64,000 nt of DNA. Origin: Bugula neritina (lineage: Eukaryota; Animalia; Bryozoa). Under the pieces are notes generated by a model. The model was not told the DNA's origin, made no database searches, and saw only the letters and a list, made by a program, of their open reading frames with translations. The DNA lies in assembly GCA_964035545.1 (NCBI GenBank), contig OZ037768.1, forward strand, positions 22,601,319 through 22,665,318, written 5' to 3'. Positions 1 to 12,354 of this stretch are shown piece after piece (the stretch's first letter is position 1; every line of letters starts with the position of its first letter). The position numbers and the translations under genes are program-made.

Positions 1-13
1 TTCCAAAACTTAC

Positions 14-3000
14 ATTCTAGTGAATTGGCCATAAGTTTTGAACTTTACTTCAGCATCTGCTTTTTCTTGTATGTTGATAGGCATATGATGTTGCGGAGAT
101 CTGGTCATTGCTGTGCACACAACAAAATGGTCTGGAACTAAACTATTCTCGTCTTCAACATATCTACCAGCAGTAGTCCAACTGAGAATGATTTTGTCAT
201 CACTATTTTCATTGAGCCTTAGAAGACAGTTCATATATCGTGGTGGTGTTTGAACAGGGTATATAATTTGTACATTTATTCCTAAAAGATGAGCTATTGC
301 AATTATTAACCATTGACTGCCATATTCCCCATTTCTCATAATTTCGATAGCGTGATCTTGCATCAGCAATTTAGACAAATTTTCTGCACCGAAATCCAAA
401 TTACCTTGTGTCATGGCACTAGCAAGTAGAGCACAATATTCATCATCATCAAGCTCAAAGCCAAACCATTTACTCAGGTTATTTCGATTCATTATAGTGT
501 CCATGCTGTTATATAAGTGTACACATGCCCGAATACGAAGTTCTACATGGCTCTTTTCATCTGAGTAAAGAGCACAACTCAGCGCTCTGAACAAGCAATT
601 CCCATCACCGTTAGTTTTAATGGCTCTAATATCATCTATTCCTATTTTCCTGAAAAATATAGTTTTACATATACATACATACATGCATGCATACATACAT
701 ACATACATACATACATGCATACATACATGACACATCTCATTTTTAAAAATAAAATTATCATTAGGTATTATAATTTAGATTATTATACCCTTTTCTCTTG
801 CATGGAATTATTTAATAATAGTTATTTTAATCGATTCATTTTTTGTCGATTTACCTCAAATATTTGTTGGTAATCTCGTCATCACATGTATTTCCCGTCT
901 CACTTTGTAAACGGTTTTCTTTTCTCTTCTGAATAGTGTTTATCTGTAGAAAATCACCAATAAAATCATTGAAATACACTTGGTTGGAAATTCTCTATTC
1001 AGACAAAAATTCTTTGGATTTTGTTAGCAGCAAAGAAAGAATTATAAATTTAAAAATTAATTGCTACCAAAAGTTGGATCTAAGGCATTCGATTATTCCA
1101 GACAATGTTTTATTTTAAAATAATTGAATTTATTTAAATTGAAAATATTTGTGAAATTACTGCAAATTCTTTTAATTATAATTATTGTCAGTTTGAGAAT
1201 TGTTTTTCACTGCAGGTTGACGTTTACCTTTTGGACTATCTTGGGATCAAGGGCTCTGCCAGGCTCACTCAAAGCTACTAGCTGGGTCTGAATTTCTTGA
1301 AATTGCTTTTCTCTAATGTGTGTAGATGGTTGGTCATCTTGTGTCTTTAGAAAATAACAAGCGCACATGATGATTGTTTTTCAAAAAGGTCATATAATGT
1401 AGCCTACATAGCTTTAGCTGCTTTATTTTGGGTGAGTTCAAGTAAATTATATTATATTGAGGAACATTATATTTTTAGCTTGTCCAAGTTGTTTTTATGG
1501 GAAGGCTTATTTTGTACAAAAATGGTACTAAATTAATTTATATAGTACTAAGGCTTTTGGTTACCTTCTGAACAACAGAAACTTCTTCAATTTCTCTAGA
1601 AGCTACAGGATTTTCGTCAATGTTATGGCTTTGTTGTTCTTCTTCTCGCATCTATAAAAAATGATCAGGTTCATGTTCAAATTAATATATTTAGTTGAAA
1701 TATATCCATATAAACTAGAATTTTATTACAAAAAAATAAATGAGAAACATTGTGTTTTTACTTTATTTGCATAAAAGCCAAGTAAACTATTTTGTTTTTA
1801 TATAAAAAATTAGTCTATTTCTAACATGTTATATGTATATTATGTTTCACTTTATGGCACCAATTCTATGCAGGTTAATGATCACGTGAAAATTAAGGTA
1901 TATTATGTATTATATAGTTTAATAAATAATTTTATATTTACACCCACTGTGTTTCCAGTTGCCTTTAATGGTCTACTTAGATATAAGCACAAGTTTTACG
2001 CATTTTATGTTTAAAAATCCTATATTCAAAATAAATAATGTTCACTTCAAACAACTTGTTTCTTTTTTGTAATAGAGTTTTACCTGGGGCACATCATTTC
2101 TAATTTGGTTGGGTGTCGTCACTTTTTCCAAATTGTTTCTTTCATCAGTAGTACCACGGTGAAAAACATTTGAATCTGGCACTTGATTGGTAGTTGAGTG
2201 TTGATGTTCAAAATATCTGTTTCCCAAAGATTCAGTTGTGGCATGCTCAATCAAGTTTCGTCCGTTATAATAATTTTTTTGCCCTGTCAACTTGATGGTA
2301 AAATGGGGAAAGTTGCAGCTACAGTTAGTTGTAGATTTCCATCCAGTAGGCTACAAGCAATTTAATTAAATAAAATAAGGATTAAATAAATACCTCCCCT
2401 ATCAAAAGTAATAAAATTGCCTTTTACTAGAAAATATTATTGAAATAATATATTCATGAACAAATTTAACACATTTAATATTCTGAACTGCTCTCTTCAA
2501 AATTTATCCAAACAAAATTATTGTTCAGTTCCGTTTACTTACAGCGCAGTTAGGCAAAGGCAGATTGTGATCTTGTACATTTGGAGACATGGGATTGTTG
2601 GCATAAATAATATTCTCACTCGCTGGTTGATTAGGGTGGTTCAGACCCATACATGACATGCATGATCTGTCCTGCAGTAATAGAAATGTAATAGTGCACC
2701 CTAATAATATGTCAGCAGTTGTTAACACCAAATAGAACATTAAACTTTTCAACAGCATTAATACATACGTTAATCTTTGAAAGTGCAGCTTTTAAATAAA
2801 ATCACATAGATTAGATAACATTGGTAAATCGCAAATAATTTTAATTAGTATGTTGCAACCGATATTAAATTACTAACTATTCAAGCTGGGCTTACAATAG
2901 CTTGCGTCAAAAAAACAGAACTTTATTATTATATTACATTATTATATATTATAGCTTTGGTCACGGAATGTTCTTATAAAGGCACCAATCAAAATGTTGA

Positions 3001-3975
3001 AACAAATTACAGCCAACACACTATACTGATAGATATAAGAATTGTAATTATCACTTGAATGTCTAAGCAACCAGTTTCTCCTAAATATTTAATTCGAAGT
3101 TATGAAATATAATTATTATTCTGTCATACTAGGTATACCAATGTTATTATTGATAACAGCTATGCCAATTGGGGCGTATAACTACGAGCTGGCAGAGAAT
3201 AACATTGAATACTATAACAGGCATGGTATAAAATGCTTTGTATATACTATTTTCAATATAGGCTTATACTGCAAAAAGACCCTGTTACGTAGGTTAGCAT
3301 ATAAGGATATTGTAATGAGTTAGTTAACAGCTATACCTGGCAACATAGTTGATTCCAGGCAAGAGGTTGGTCTGTGTCACTTACATTCTGCGCCTGTGGC
3401 TGATGTTTGGCGGGTGGTAACCGTAACATTGGACTGCAAAAGTCATATATTCAAATACACTTCTGCATGATAAAAATATAACAGGGATTGCAATCAACCT
3501 CTTTCACAGATGTTTGCAACACACACATACCTTATAATTGAACTTGGATTCTCGTCTTTTTTCACAGAACATTCCTACAAAACAAAATAATATATATACC
3601 ATGCAATATGTAAGTTGCAATCTTAAATTTCATGTATCTAGCAAAATCATATCTGTTTAGGTAAAGTTTGACATATGCTTCGCTGTATTATATGCTTTTA
3701 GAAAAGTGTGCTCCAATTACATGCTGTTGATCACTTTTTAACCAATTTAGTATAAGCCTAGTAATTATAGCTATTGGTAATTATAGTATTTATTAAAAAC
3801 TATTGTTAATGGCAGTGGACTGAAAAAAAATTAAAATAGCTTTCAGTAAAATATGCCATTCAGCAATGTTTGGTTTATTATTTATATAAGAAGGTTTAAA
3901 GCTTCAAAATATTTGTACCTTTGCCAACATACTTTTCTTCCAATGCATTATTCTACAATATTCAACTTTCTCAAC
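14..3975 (-). CDS. Multi-exon gene with a vertnin-type OTU cysteine protease domain (partial; 3' end off-window, 5' end uncertain)
   Basis: Exon 14-649 encodes GDGNCLFRALS (Asp/Cys loop), YGSQW...INVQIIYP, ILSW and PDHFV (His), the vertnin-like OTU pattern. Upstream GT-AG exons join it in phase: 3919-3975, 3531-3574, ~3338/3386-3433, 2543-2671, 2084-2350, 1565-1651, 1228-1344, 855-943. The 'stop' at 10-12 lies in a GTAAGT donor (13..8), so the gene probably continues left. Confidence 0.75.
668..727. repeat. (ATAC)n microsatellite
   Basis: ATAC/ATGC tetranucleotide run in the intron before the OTU exon. It produces the spurious MCHVCMHVCMY start of ORF 10..735. Confidence 0.9.
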
Positions 3976-6900
3976 CTAAAAAACAATAAGTTATATTGGC
4001 TTAAGAGATAACCAATTTGATGTTTTTCTTTTAAACATAAAATAATTTGATAATTTGGCAGTACTTATATAGCAATTAAATTATTGTTTGTTGTACTGCA
4101 TTTAATTGAATAAAAGTATACTAATGAGCTTCATCGCTATATGATAGGTAAAATTAGATAAACATCAAATGGTTGTAATATAATGGAATGTTATGTGACA
4201 TTAGTAAATTTATTTAACAGTTTGAAGCAATGTTCCTGTTCATGTACATAAAATGACATTGGAAAAAAAAGAAAAGTTAATAAATGCTCCAAAGCCATCT
4301 TCTTGCAATAATATCATTATAGTTGTTATAGGCATTGCAATAGTTTTGATTGGTTCAATAACAAGCAAGGACGCTATAGAGGTAGATTTACTGGAATTTT
4401 AAAATGTAGTTTATTATTAAACACTTTTGTTACAGAAAGCAACACCGTGAAGTCTTAAGTTGGTACAATTTGGGCAGTTACATTATAGTGTGCAAGATTA
4501 AAACAGTAAGATTATATAATATAACAATAGAAAATATAAAAACATACTAGTTTAAATCAGGTAATAGTATTGTGTTGAAATTATTCAAGTGGTTATAGAA
4601 TGGTAGACTAATGACTACTGACCTTTTCCCTTCTCCCTATTATTGCTCGTTTCAAACTCAGTAAAAATCTAATTATTATAAAATCACAAGTATAAAGTAA
4701 TATAGCATTAAGCCTATATAATCTTCACCCAGTAATGCTTCTCAATTGTCTTTATAAGATAAAAACCTTTACCGAACAAAAATACAGCATATGTTACAGC
4801 AAGTGTAACTAGCCCGGAAGCATGCACCCAAATTTTCATATGAGTCATATTACTCTATTTAGTACTCTATTTAGTGCAAATTATGACCAAACATTGTAGT
4901 TTGCTCAGAATTCATGGAAATTTACTATATGTGTGGTAACTTTATGTACTACTAATTATAATGATGCATAACAGAAAAAGGCTGGGAGGGGATTTCCCAA
5001 CTTTAAACTGCACCGGCATTGTCATTTGAGCTAAATATATATGCGCGACCGTGATGAAAAAACCATCACGTCCCGCACATACCAACTTACTTAAGAATTT
5101 GGATAAAAACATAGAAAATCAACCAAATTTGAAAAGAAACTTTAATTATTCAGCTGTATTTGTTACTATTTCATTATTTTAGGGCAATAAATCATATACA
5201 TTAGCAGTTAAATTGTGAAAAGTAGCTAAAAAATAGAGATATAGAGTGTGTCCTAAATTAAGTAAAATGACACATATATGCAATATGCAGAAGTTGTACT
5301 TTCCACCAGTTTATTTGTACACTTGCTGAAAAAAAAACTATATGATAGTTTAAAATAATAGTTATATAAATGATATGCATGCATTAGCGTGGTTAATTAC
5401 AAAAGTCAATATAAAAGAAGAGCTATGAAAGTTTTTACTGTAAAAGCAATAATATACAGATAATATAATATATGCATAAAGTGACTAACCTTTTTGTCCT
5501 GAATACACAGCGATCAGCAAACTATATAGAAAAACATTAAATTGAAATAAAAACAGTTATTTGTTAAGATCACGCTGCCAACTGATTATAATAAATTTAT
5601 CAAGAGTTTATATACTATGGCTGTTGTTACTAAACCATGCAAAAATATGTCCCTAAAATTTGCTAAATAGTCAAGATTGTCCATAAAATTACCACAATGA
5701 TTGCATCCTAAAACATAGTAAACATTACTGCATAGCCTCAGAGTATTAATATCGTCTAGTAGAGGTAGAGGAGTTATGACAGTCACCCCAACCACAATGA
5801 CATAACCACAGATCTAATAGTCAGCACAAGGTAGATTAGTAATGCCTGCTGACTGTTAACTAAGCATAAATAGGAAGTTTGAAGGGTTAATGAGGTCATG
5901 TTATTTATGGTGATGACTGTTGTGGGCATCACACAACCAGTTACATTCCCCCTTTAATTTGCTGTGGTGCTATCAGTTTATGTATGTGCAGAATGTAGGA
6001 AGCATGGAGATTGGATGTTGAGCTAAATATATATTCAATTTAATTTCTGTAGACAAAAGTAAAAACGGTTTATTCAAATAGCATTCTGTTGAAAGCTGTC
6101 ACACTGCTGTTGGATGAGCCATACCAACATTTGCTAATTTGCGTTTGTGTAGAAAGCTTACGGAATGAAAATGGTTTAAGCTATGGTTAGAAGTGTTGGA
6201 CCCTTTAAATATAATATTATGTTGGTCAACAGAGTGTTCCAAACATTTAGATTGTGATGTATATAATATGCTGAAAGTGTTACATCATCGGTGCCAAAAT
6301 ATTTTGTTGCAATGGTTTTTATATATCAAGTTATTCTCCTCTAAGTTCAAAAATTTAAACAGGTAATTGAATTGTCATCACTGCTTTTCTGCTCATCTAT
6401 ATATAAGGTATTGATTGTTAGGACAGATGAATATCATGACAACATCAATAGCCACATTCTAGTGCAAACAACCACAACATTGGCAGTGCAGTTGGTCAAT
6501 AGAATGGCAATATAGCAACTGTAAACATCTCATGCTGAATTTATTTAAGTTTGATGTAAGGGTTCCATTGTTTGAGAGATATACTCATATACAACTTTTA
6601 AAAAAATCTTTGATGTATTGATACATAACAAACAGTAAAAATTAAGAATCTGACGCAAACAAAAGAGTTTGAAAGCCTCTTTCATCAAATCTCAAAAATG
6701 TTAACATATAAATCACTATTGATCTATAAGAACTTCGGCATAATAATTATTTTGAAGGCTTTGGGCCAATATTTAACACTATCAACAAATTTAAAAAAGA
6801 ACGTTGGTATATAAATTAAAATAATATGTGGAGAAAACTTTGTAGGCTATAGTAAATCTTTATATCATGTAGTTTCTAATAAATTCGTCAATGCACCTAT

Positions 6901-7697
6901 CCCCTTTATTTTATTATGATAAGAGATAAAAACTTTTACATAATATTTATTTCTATAAAAAAAATTAAAACATATTTTTTGAGTGCCCAGACTTGCTTTC
7001 AAGATAATACTACTCAGAAACTGTTGTCTGTGCAATTGCACTAACTGCATGGAGTCTTGATAGTCAACATCTGAAGAAATTGCATCTCTTCTTAAACACA
7101 GACAACAATATTTTAAATATATACCTCCATCAGTTAAATTGTGAAATCTTTAAATAAAAAACAGCTTGTGATTCTAAACGAAAAGAACATCCTCAGTATG
7201 TAGAAAAAGTACATAATAGTGAAATCAAGAGACATTTCATTTATTTACCAATGAAAATATACAAGCATAAAATATTTTGTTATATAGCAATTAACACATT
7301 GCAAAGTTACACTTTATATGAATGAATTAAGAATTATAGATATTCAAAACTCATAGCACAACAACACTTACTAAAAATTATTATTAAACAAGACAAGTCT
7401 GGTGTACTACCTCAAAACTCATTTAAGTTTTGGTAATTACTAGTAAGTCAAATTATAAAACTAAATGAGTCAAGTATTTACCTGGTGATGTCAATAGAAA
7501 TAGCAAGATGGTATATTCTATAATTTAAAAGCTATTAATTATTGTAAAGATATGCCTGCTAAATTATAACATGATGTTCTTGTAGGGTGCAGTTCAATCA
7601 ATATTAAGGCAGCCACTAAATGACCATGGCAAACTGAATGGTAAACAAAACATCCAAGCTGTTTTAATTCATTAACAATTCATAGTACGCATATGCT

Positions 7698-10188
7698 AAA
7701 GAGAAGATAACTTTAAGAACAACCTGGTGGAAAGTGAGTAACATTCTGGTTTTATATTGTCAACAATAATAATTATTGTCTAAATTACAATACCTGTTTT
7801 TTCGAGTTTACTTAAGTTTTTTGTATACTTTTACACTTGAAAATTTTAAAATTATTTAAATTAAAACAAAAATTTGTATGAAAATTATTGTAAGCTACTT
7901 TCCTGCCACACAGAAATTTAAAGGCCTCAAATGAAACAATCGTTTCCGTGCGATCAAACCCCCCTCCACTTTAGTTATCAAGGGGTGTTATTTTTACTAA
8001 AATGGGTGTTGCAAGAATTTTTGATCTGTATTTTGCTATGTGGATAAATTTGATTTTATAATTATTATCAATAATTTGATTTTGAATTTTGCACAAACTC
8101 AGCTAATTGAAATGCATGTACTTGCAAAGTAAAGCTTAAAAAGATGAAAATTATGATGCACAATATCGAGGTCAATAACTAGGGGGTGTCGCGATGAGAA
8201 GTCAACACATTGATCAAAATTTAAGTTTATTGCTAATTTTAGAAGTTTTTTTCTAAATTAAAAATATTGAATTTAAAAACAATTACAGCAAATGTAATCT
8301 AAAACTAATCTGATGGCCATAAGTGCTTTAAAAGCCTAAAAACCGAGCAAAATATTATCGTGACACTCATGCCCCCTTCTATTGTAGTTATCCAGTGGTG
8401 TCTTTTTGCTAAAATGGGTGTCGCAAGAATTTTGATTTGCATCTAACACTGTGGACAGATATAAATTAACAATTTACATCATTAAACTGATTTTGCATTT
8501 TTACACAAACTAAGCTAATTAAAAAGTTATGAAACCGCGACACAAGAATAAATAAAATTAAAATCATTTTGAAAATTCTTGGGGTCAAAAACTAGGGGGT
8601 GTCGCGAAGAATTCAATACGTGTATTTTAACTTAATTTCATTGATATTTTTCAGTTTTAGACATGCTGACTCATGAACCATATACTTTAAACTTGTAAAA
8701 ATACTAAGAGCAATATTAACAAACCAAAATGTTCACAAAATGTGAAAATAAAACTAAAAATCTCTGCGACACCCATTTTAGTCAAAACCCCCCCAAATGA
8801 CTAAAATGGGTGTCACGGTGATTTTTGCTTTATTTTTTAGCTTTTTGGCAATTTTTGTTGTTAAATTAGTTGTTGATCAAAACTTTAGGAAAAATATGAT
8901 ATATTATAACTGTTTCACTCCAAATGACAGTATTATTATATAATAATTTGCAATAATATTAAAATATAATGAAAACCGAAACCGTCAGTGACACTCCCTA
9001 GAGTTATCTTCTCTTTGCTTTTAGTTTTGTTTTCATCATTTTTTCCCAATATTTATGAGTATTAAAAGTTTTAATAATCTTAATTAGTAAAAGCAAGTAA
9101 AAGTTTCAATATTACATAATTTGTAGTGTCTAAAACCGTTCAGAAAGCTAAAAAATAAAGCAAAAATCAGCGTGACACCCATTTTAGTCATTTGGGGGGG
9201 GTTTTGACTAAAATGGGTGTCGCAGAGATTTTTAGTTTTATTTTCACATTTTGTGAACATTTTGGTTTGTTAATATTGCTCTTAGTATTTTTACAAGTTT
9301 AAAGTATATGGTTCATAAGTCAGCATGTCTAAAACTGAAAAATATCAATGAAATTAAGTTAAAATACACATATTGAATTCTTCGCGACACCCCCTAGTTT
9401 TTGACCCCAAGAATTTTCAAAATGATTTTAATTTTATTTATTCTTGTGTCGCAGTTTCACAACAGTTTAATTAGCTTAGTTTGTGTAAAAATGCAAAATC
9501 AGTTTAATGACGTCAGTTGTAAAATTATATCTGTCCACAGTGTTAGATGCAAACCAAAAATTCTCGTGACACCCATTTTAGCAAAAAGACACCACTGGAT
9601 AACTACAATAGAAGGGGGGCATGAGTGTCGCTATAATGTTTGCTCTATTTTTTGGCTTTTTGGGCACTTATGACCATCAGATTAGTTTTAGATTTCATTT
9701 ACTGAAATTTTCTTTATATCAACTTTTTTTAATTTAGAAAAACTTTAAAAATTATCATTAAACTTAAATTTTGATATATGTATTGACTTCTCGTCGCGAC
9801 ACCCCCTAGTTATTGACCTCGATATTGTGCATCATAATTTTCATCTTTTTAATCTTTACTTTGCAGGTACATGCATTTCAATTAGCTGAGTTTGTGCAAA
9901 ACTCAAAATCAAATTAATGATAATAGTTATAAAATCAGATTTATTCACATAGCAAAATACAGATCAAAAATTCTTGCAACACCCATTTTAGTAAAAAGAA
10001 CACCCCTTGATAACTAAAGTGGAGGGGGATTTGGTCGCACGGAAACGATTGTTTTATTTGAGGCCTTTAAATTTCTGTGTGGCAGGAAAGTAGCTTACAA
10101 TAATTTTTATACAAATTTTTGTTTTAATTCAAATAATTTTAAAATTTTCAAATGTGGAATTAAATTCGAAACAAAAACAAGTATTGCA
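7698..10188. mobile_element. Foldback-like inverted pair of a non-autonomous repeat element (arms ~7786-8855 and ~9143-10188)
   Basis: The arms of ~1.05 kb are reverse complements with scattered mismatches, separated by ~290 bp. The left copy is bounded by AAAGAGAAGATAACT (7698) and AGTTATCTTCTCTTT (ending 9016), with GCT on both outer sides. Internal ~200/410-bp subrepeats carry GGGTGTCGC motifs. No convincing coding sequence. Confidence 0.8.
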
Positions 10189-11776
10189 GTGCACTGAAAA
10201 AGTTGTCTTCTCTATTGCCAGTGAAAAACTGTACTATAAACTTTTGAGACCAGTAAAATCAACTAGTGATGCAACAGTGCATCTGACAAATTTTGTACAG
10301 GCTTTAATATATTAGCTGCACCATACAGTTTTTGATCTGTAGCTACATGTCTTCAATTACAGATAATAAAGGTCAGAGCAGCTGAGCTGTTTCAAAATTT
10401 CAATTAGCATAACAATTTAATATGTCATTGAAAAAATTATATTTAAACTTGCTTATTCTTTATTAGAAACAGGAGACATACATTTCAAATATAATATTAA
10501 AATTAAATGCAATATATTTTCTATGCAACTTAAAGTTAATTAACAAAACAGTTGCCGTTCCTGACCATAATCTATTGAGTTAAGTTTAGCAGGGGGTACT
10601 GGGGGGGGGGGGGTCTACTTCCACTAGCCATTGCACCAACTAAAATGAAAACAATGTTGATTTAAAAATGGATTGAAATAACGGAATGACTTGAAACATC
10701 ATTTATTAAAAAAGATTCCTTATGATGCACTATTTTAGTGTCACTATTTGAGTGTTTGTGAAAAGCACTAGCTGGAGTGTGTATAATCGCTCCTGAAGAG
10801 ATTGCATCTTCATTAACACAAACATCAACAAAAGTGAAAACCAAACCGAATAAATCTAGTGAGCAACACTATTGCCTGTTAATAATAGTAACAAGCAATG
10901 CTAATAAACTCTTAGCAATGGCAATATTTCAGTCTTGAAGTTTGAGGAAATTTAATATATACCTATAGGTGCCAGTACTGAGGAGGATCAAAAGATTAAG
11001 CACTACTGATAGTATGTTAGTAATTTATAATTATATCTATATGTATGTATGTATTAAATTGTCTAACAATATGAATATAATGATAATGACAGCGTTACTG
11101 TTGGTGAACTCAACTAAGTAAAAAGCATTAAACTATAAGTAATATACTAATACTAACACTAATGAATGTAGTAACACTAAATTACTTAAAAGTTAAAAGG
11201 TAAGACTAAGTTTAGACCAACAGTCTCACTTGACACAGTCACAGTGACTGTCAGTGTTAGTTGGTGTTACATCTTCATCTTGATCTACAGCAACTGACTT
11301 AGTAACAAGTAAGCGTAACACTAACTGTTAGTTAAACCATTTACTGATTTAGGTTTATAATTACTTTTAGTATTACTCTTAGTCTCACTCAAACTACAAC
11401 CAAATCAAAATGAAAGTTAAAATAAAAATAATAATAATGATTACTCATGAGATTATCATCATCATCATAACATCATCATCAGCAATCAATTAATTTTAAA
11501 TTTATCATGATAATGATGATGATGATTATCAAATGAATATCATAATCATTATGATTAAATTTAACTCAACATACAAAATGTATATTAATATTTTATTTGC
11601 TTATATTCAAAGTACGACATTCGGAGAGAAAGTGTGACACTGTGAAGCTTTGTATCTAATGGAATTTTACAGTAACAGAACTTAAAAGAAGTAACAACAA
11701 ATTGTGTTGGCTTCCTAAATCACACCTACTCCAACTCTAGCTCCATGTTGGAAATAGAATATGCTAGCTATATTAT

Positions 11777-12114
11777 AAGGAAAGATAACTCTTATCGGGT
11801 TTAGTTCTTGTTAAAATTAATTTAATTTAATCATTATTTATTCATGTTTTTTGGTTTAAACAATTGTAAAATGTTTATTATTCACTGAAGATTTATTTAA
11901 TAACAATTTTAGCAGCCACAAATGTCTAAAAATGTGAAAATAAAACGAAAATTTTTGGCGACACCCATTTTAGTCAAAACCCCCCCTTATGACTAAAATG
12001 GGTGTCACGGACCGCGACACCGGGTGGCCACCCATTTTAGTCACACCCGTATGGTATCCATGTAAAATAATGCATTATTTAGAAACTGCGTGAGTGGACT
12101 CGGTTAAAGCTAGT
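11777..12114 (+). mobile_element. Short third copy of the 7.7-10.2 kb repeat family, with a Helitron-like CTAG(T) 3' end
   Basis: Starts AAGGAAAGATAACTC, contains the same GACACCCATTTTAGTCA-loop-TGACTAAAATGGGTGTC hairpin (11960-12006) and ends ...GAGTGGACTCGGTTAAAGCTAGT. Confidence 0.6.
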
Positions 12115-12234
12115 GGGACATAATTTGACGGTCTTTATCAAGGTCACACTTTTGTAGACCGATTTTCAAAACAGCCATACCTACGACTAATTGCCAAAAA
12201 TATCTTAACGTAATAGCGGTGTGCAGTAGATTAT

Positions 12235-12256
12235 GTAACCACTGACAACATAAACA
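12235..12256 (+). promoter_or_regulatory. X-box (RFX)-like motif abutting a forkhead (FoxJ1-type) site
   Basis: GTAACC-ACT-GACAAC is followed directly by ATAAACA, about 100-120 bp upstream of the Flattop ATG. RFX plus FoxJ1 is the established motile-cilia gene code. Confidence 0.55.
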
Positions 12257-12354
12257 CAAAGTAGCAATTTATTTTTTCTTCAAATAGTGATTAAGTACAC
12301 TTTGTAGCCATTTATAGAAGGCTAACGTGCTCGTTAAAAGATTAAAACATACTC

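Noticed and set aside
650-735. N-terminal MCHVCMHVCMYVCMY of ORF 10..735
   Set aside because: It is the translation of an intronic (ATAC)n microsatellite; a good acceptor lies at 650-651.
5560-5960. Polypurine tract AAATTAAAGGGGGA followed by TGTAAC on the minus strand, suggesting an LTR
   Set aside because: There is no second LTR, no recognisable integrase or RT peptide upstream, and no definable TSD.
5026-6034. 17-bp direct repeat TTGAGCTAAATATATAT at 5026 and 6018 (possible TSD)
   Set aside because: It is half low-complexity, and the enclosed ~975 bp has no polyA tail, TIR or ORF that I can support.
9401-9673. 90-aa ORF with a signal-peptide-like start
   Set aside because: It lies within the foldback arm, starts at TTG and has no homology cue.
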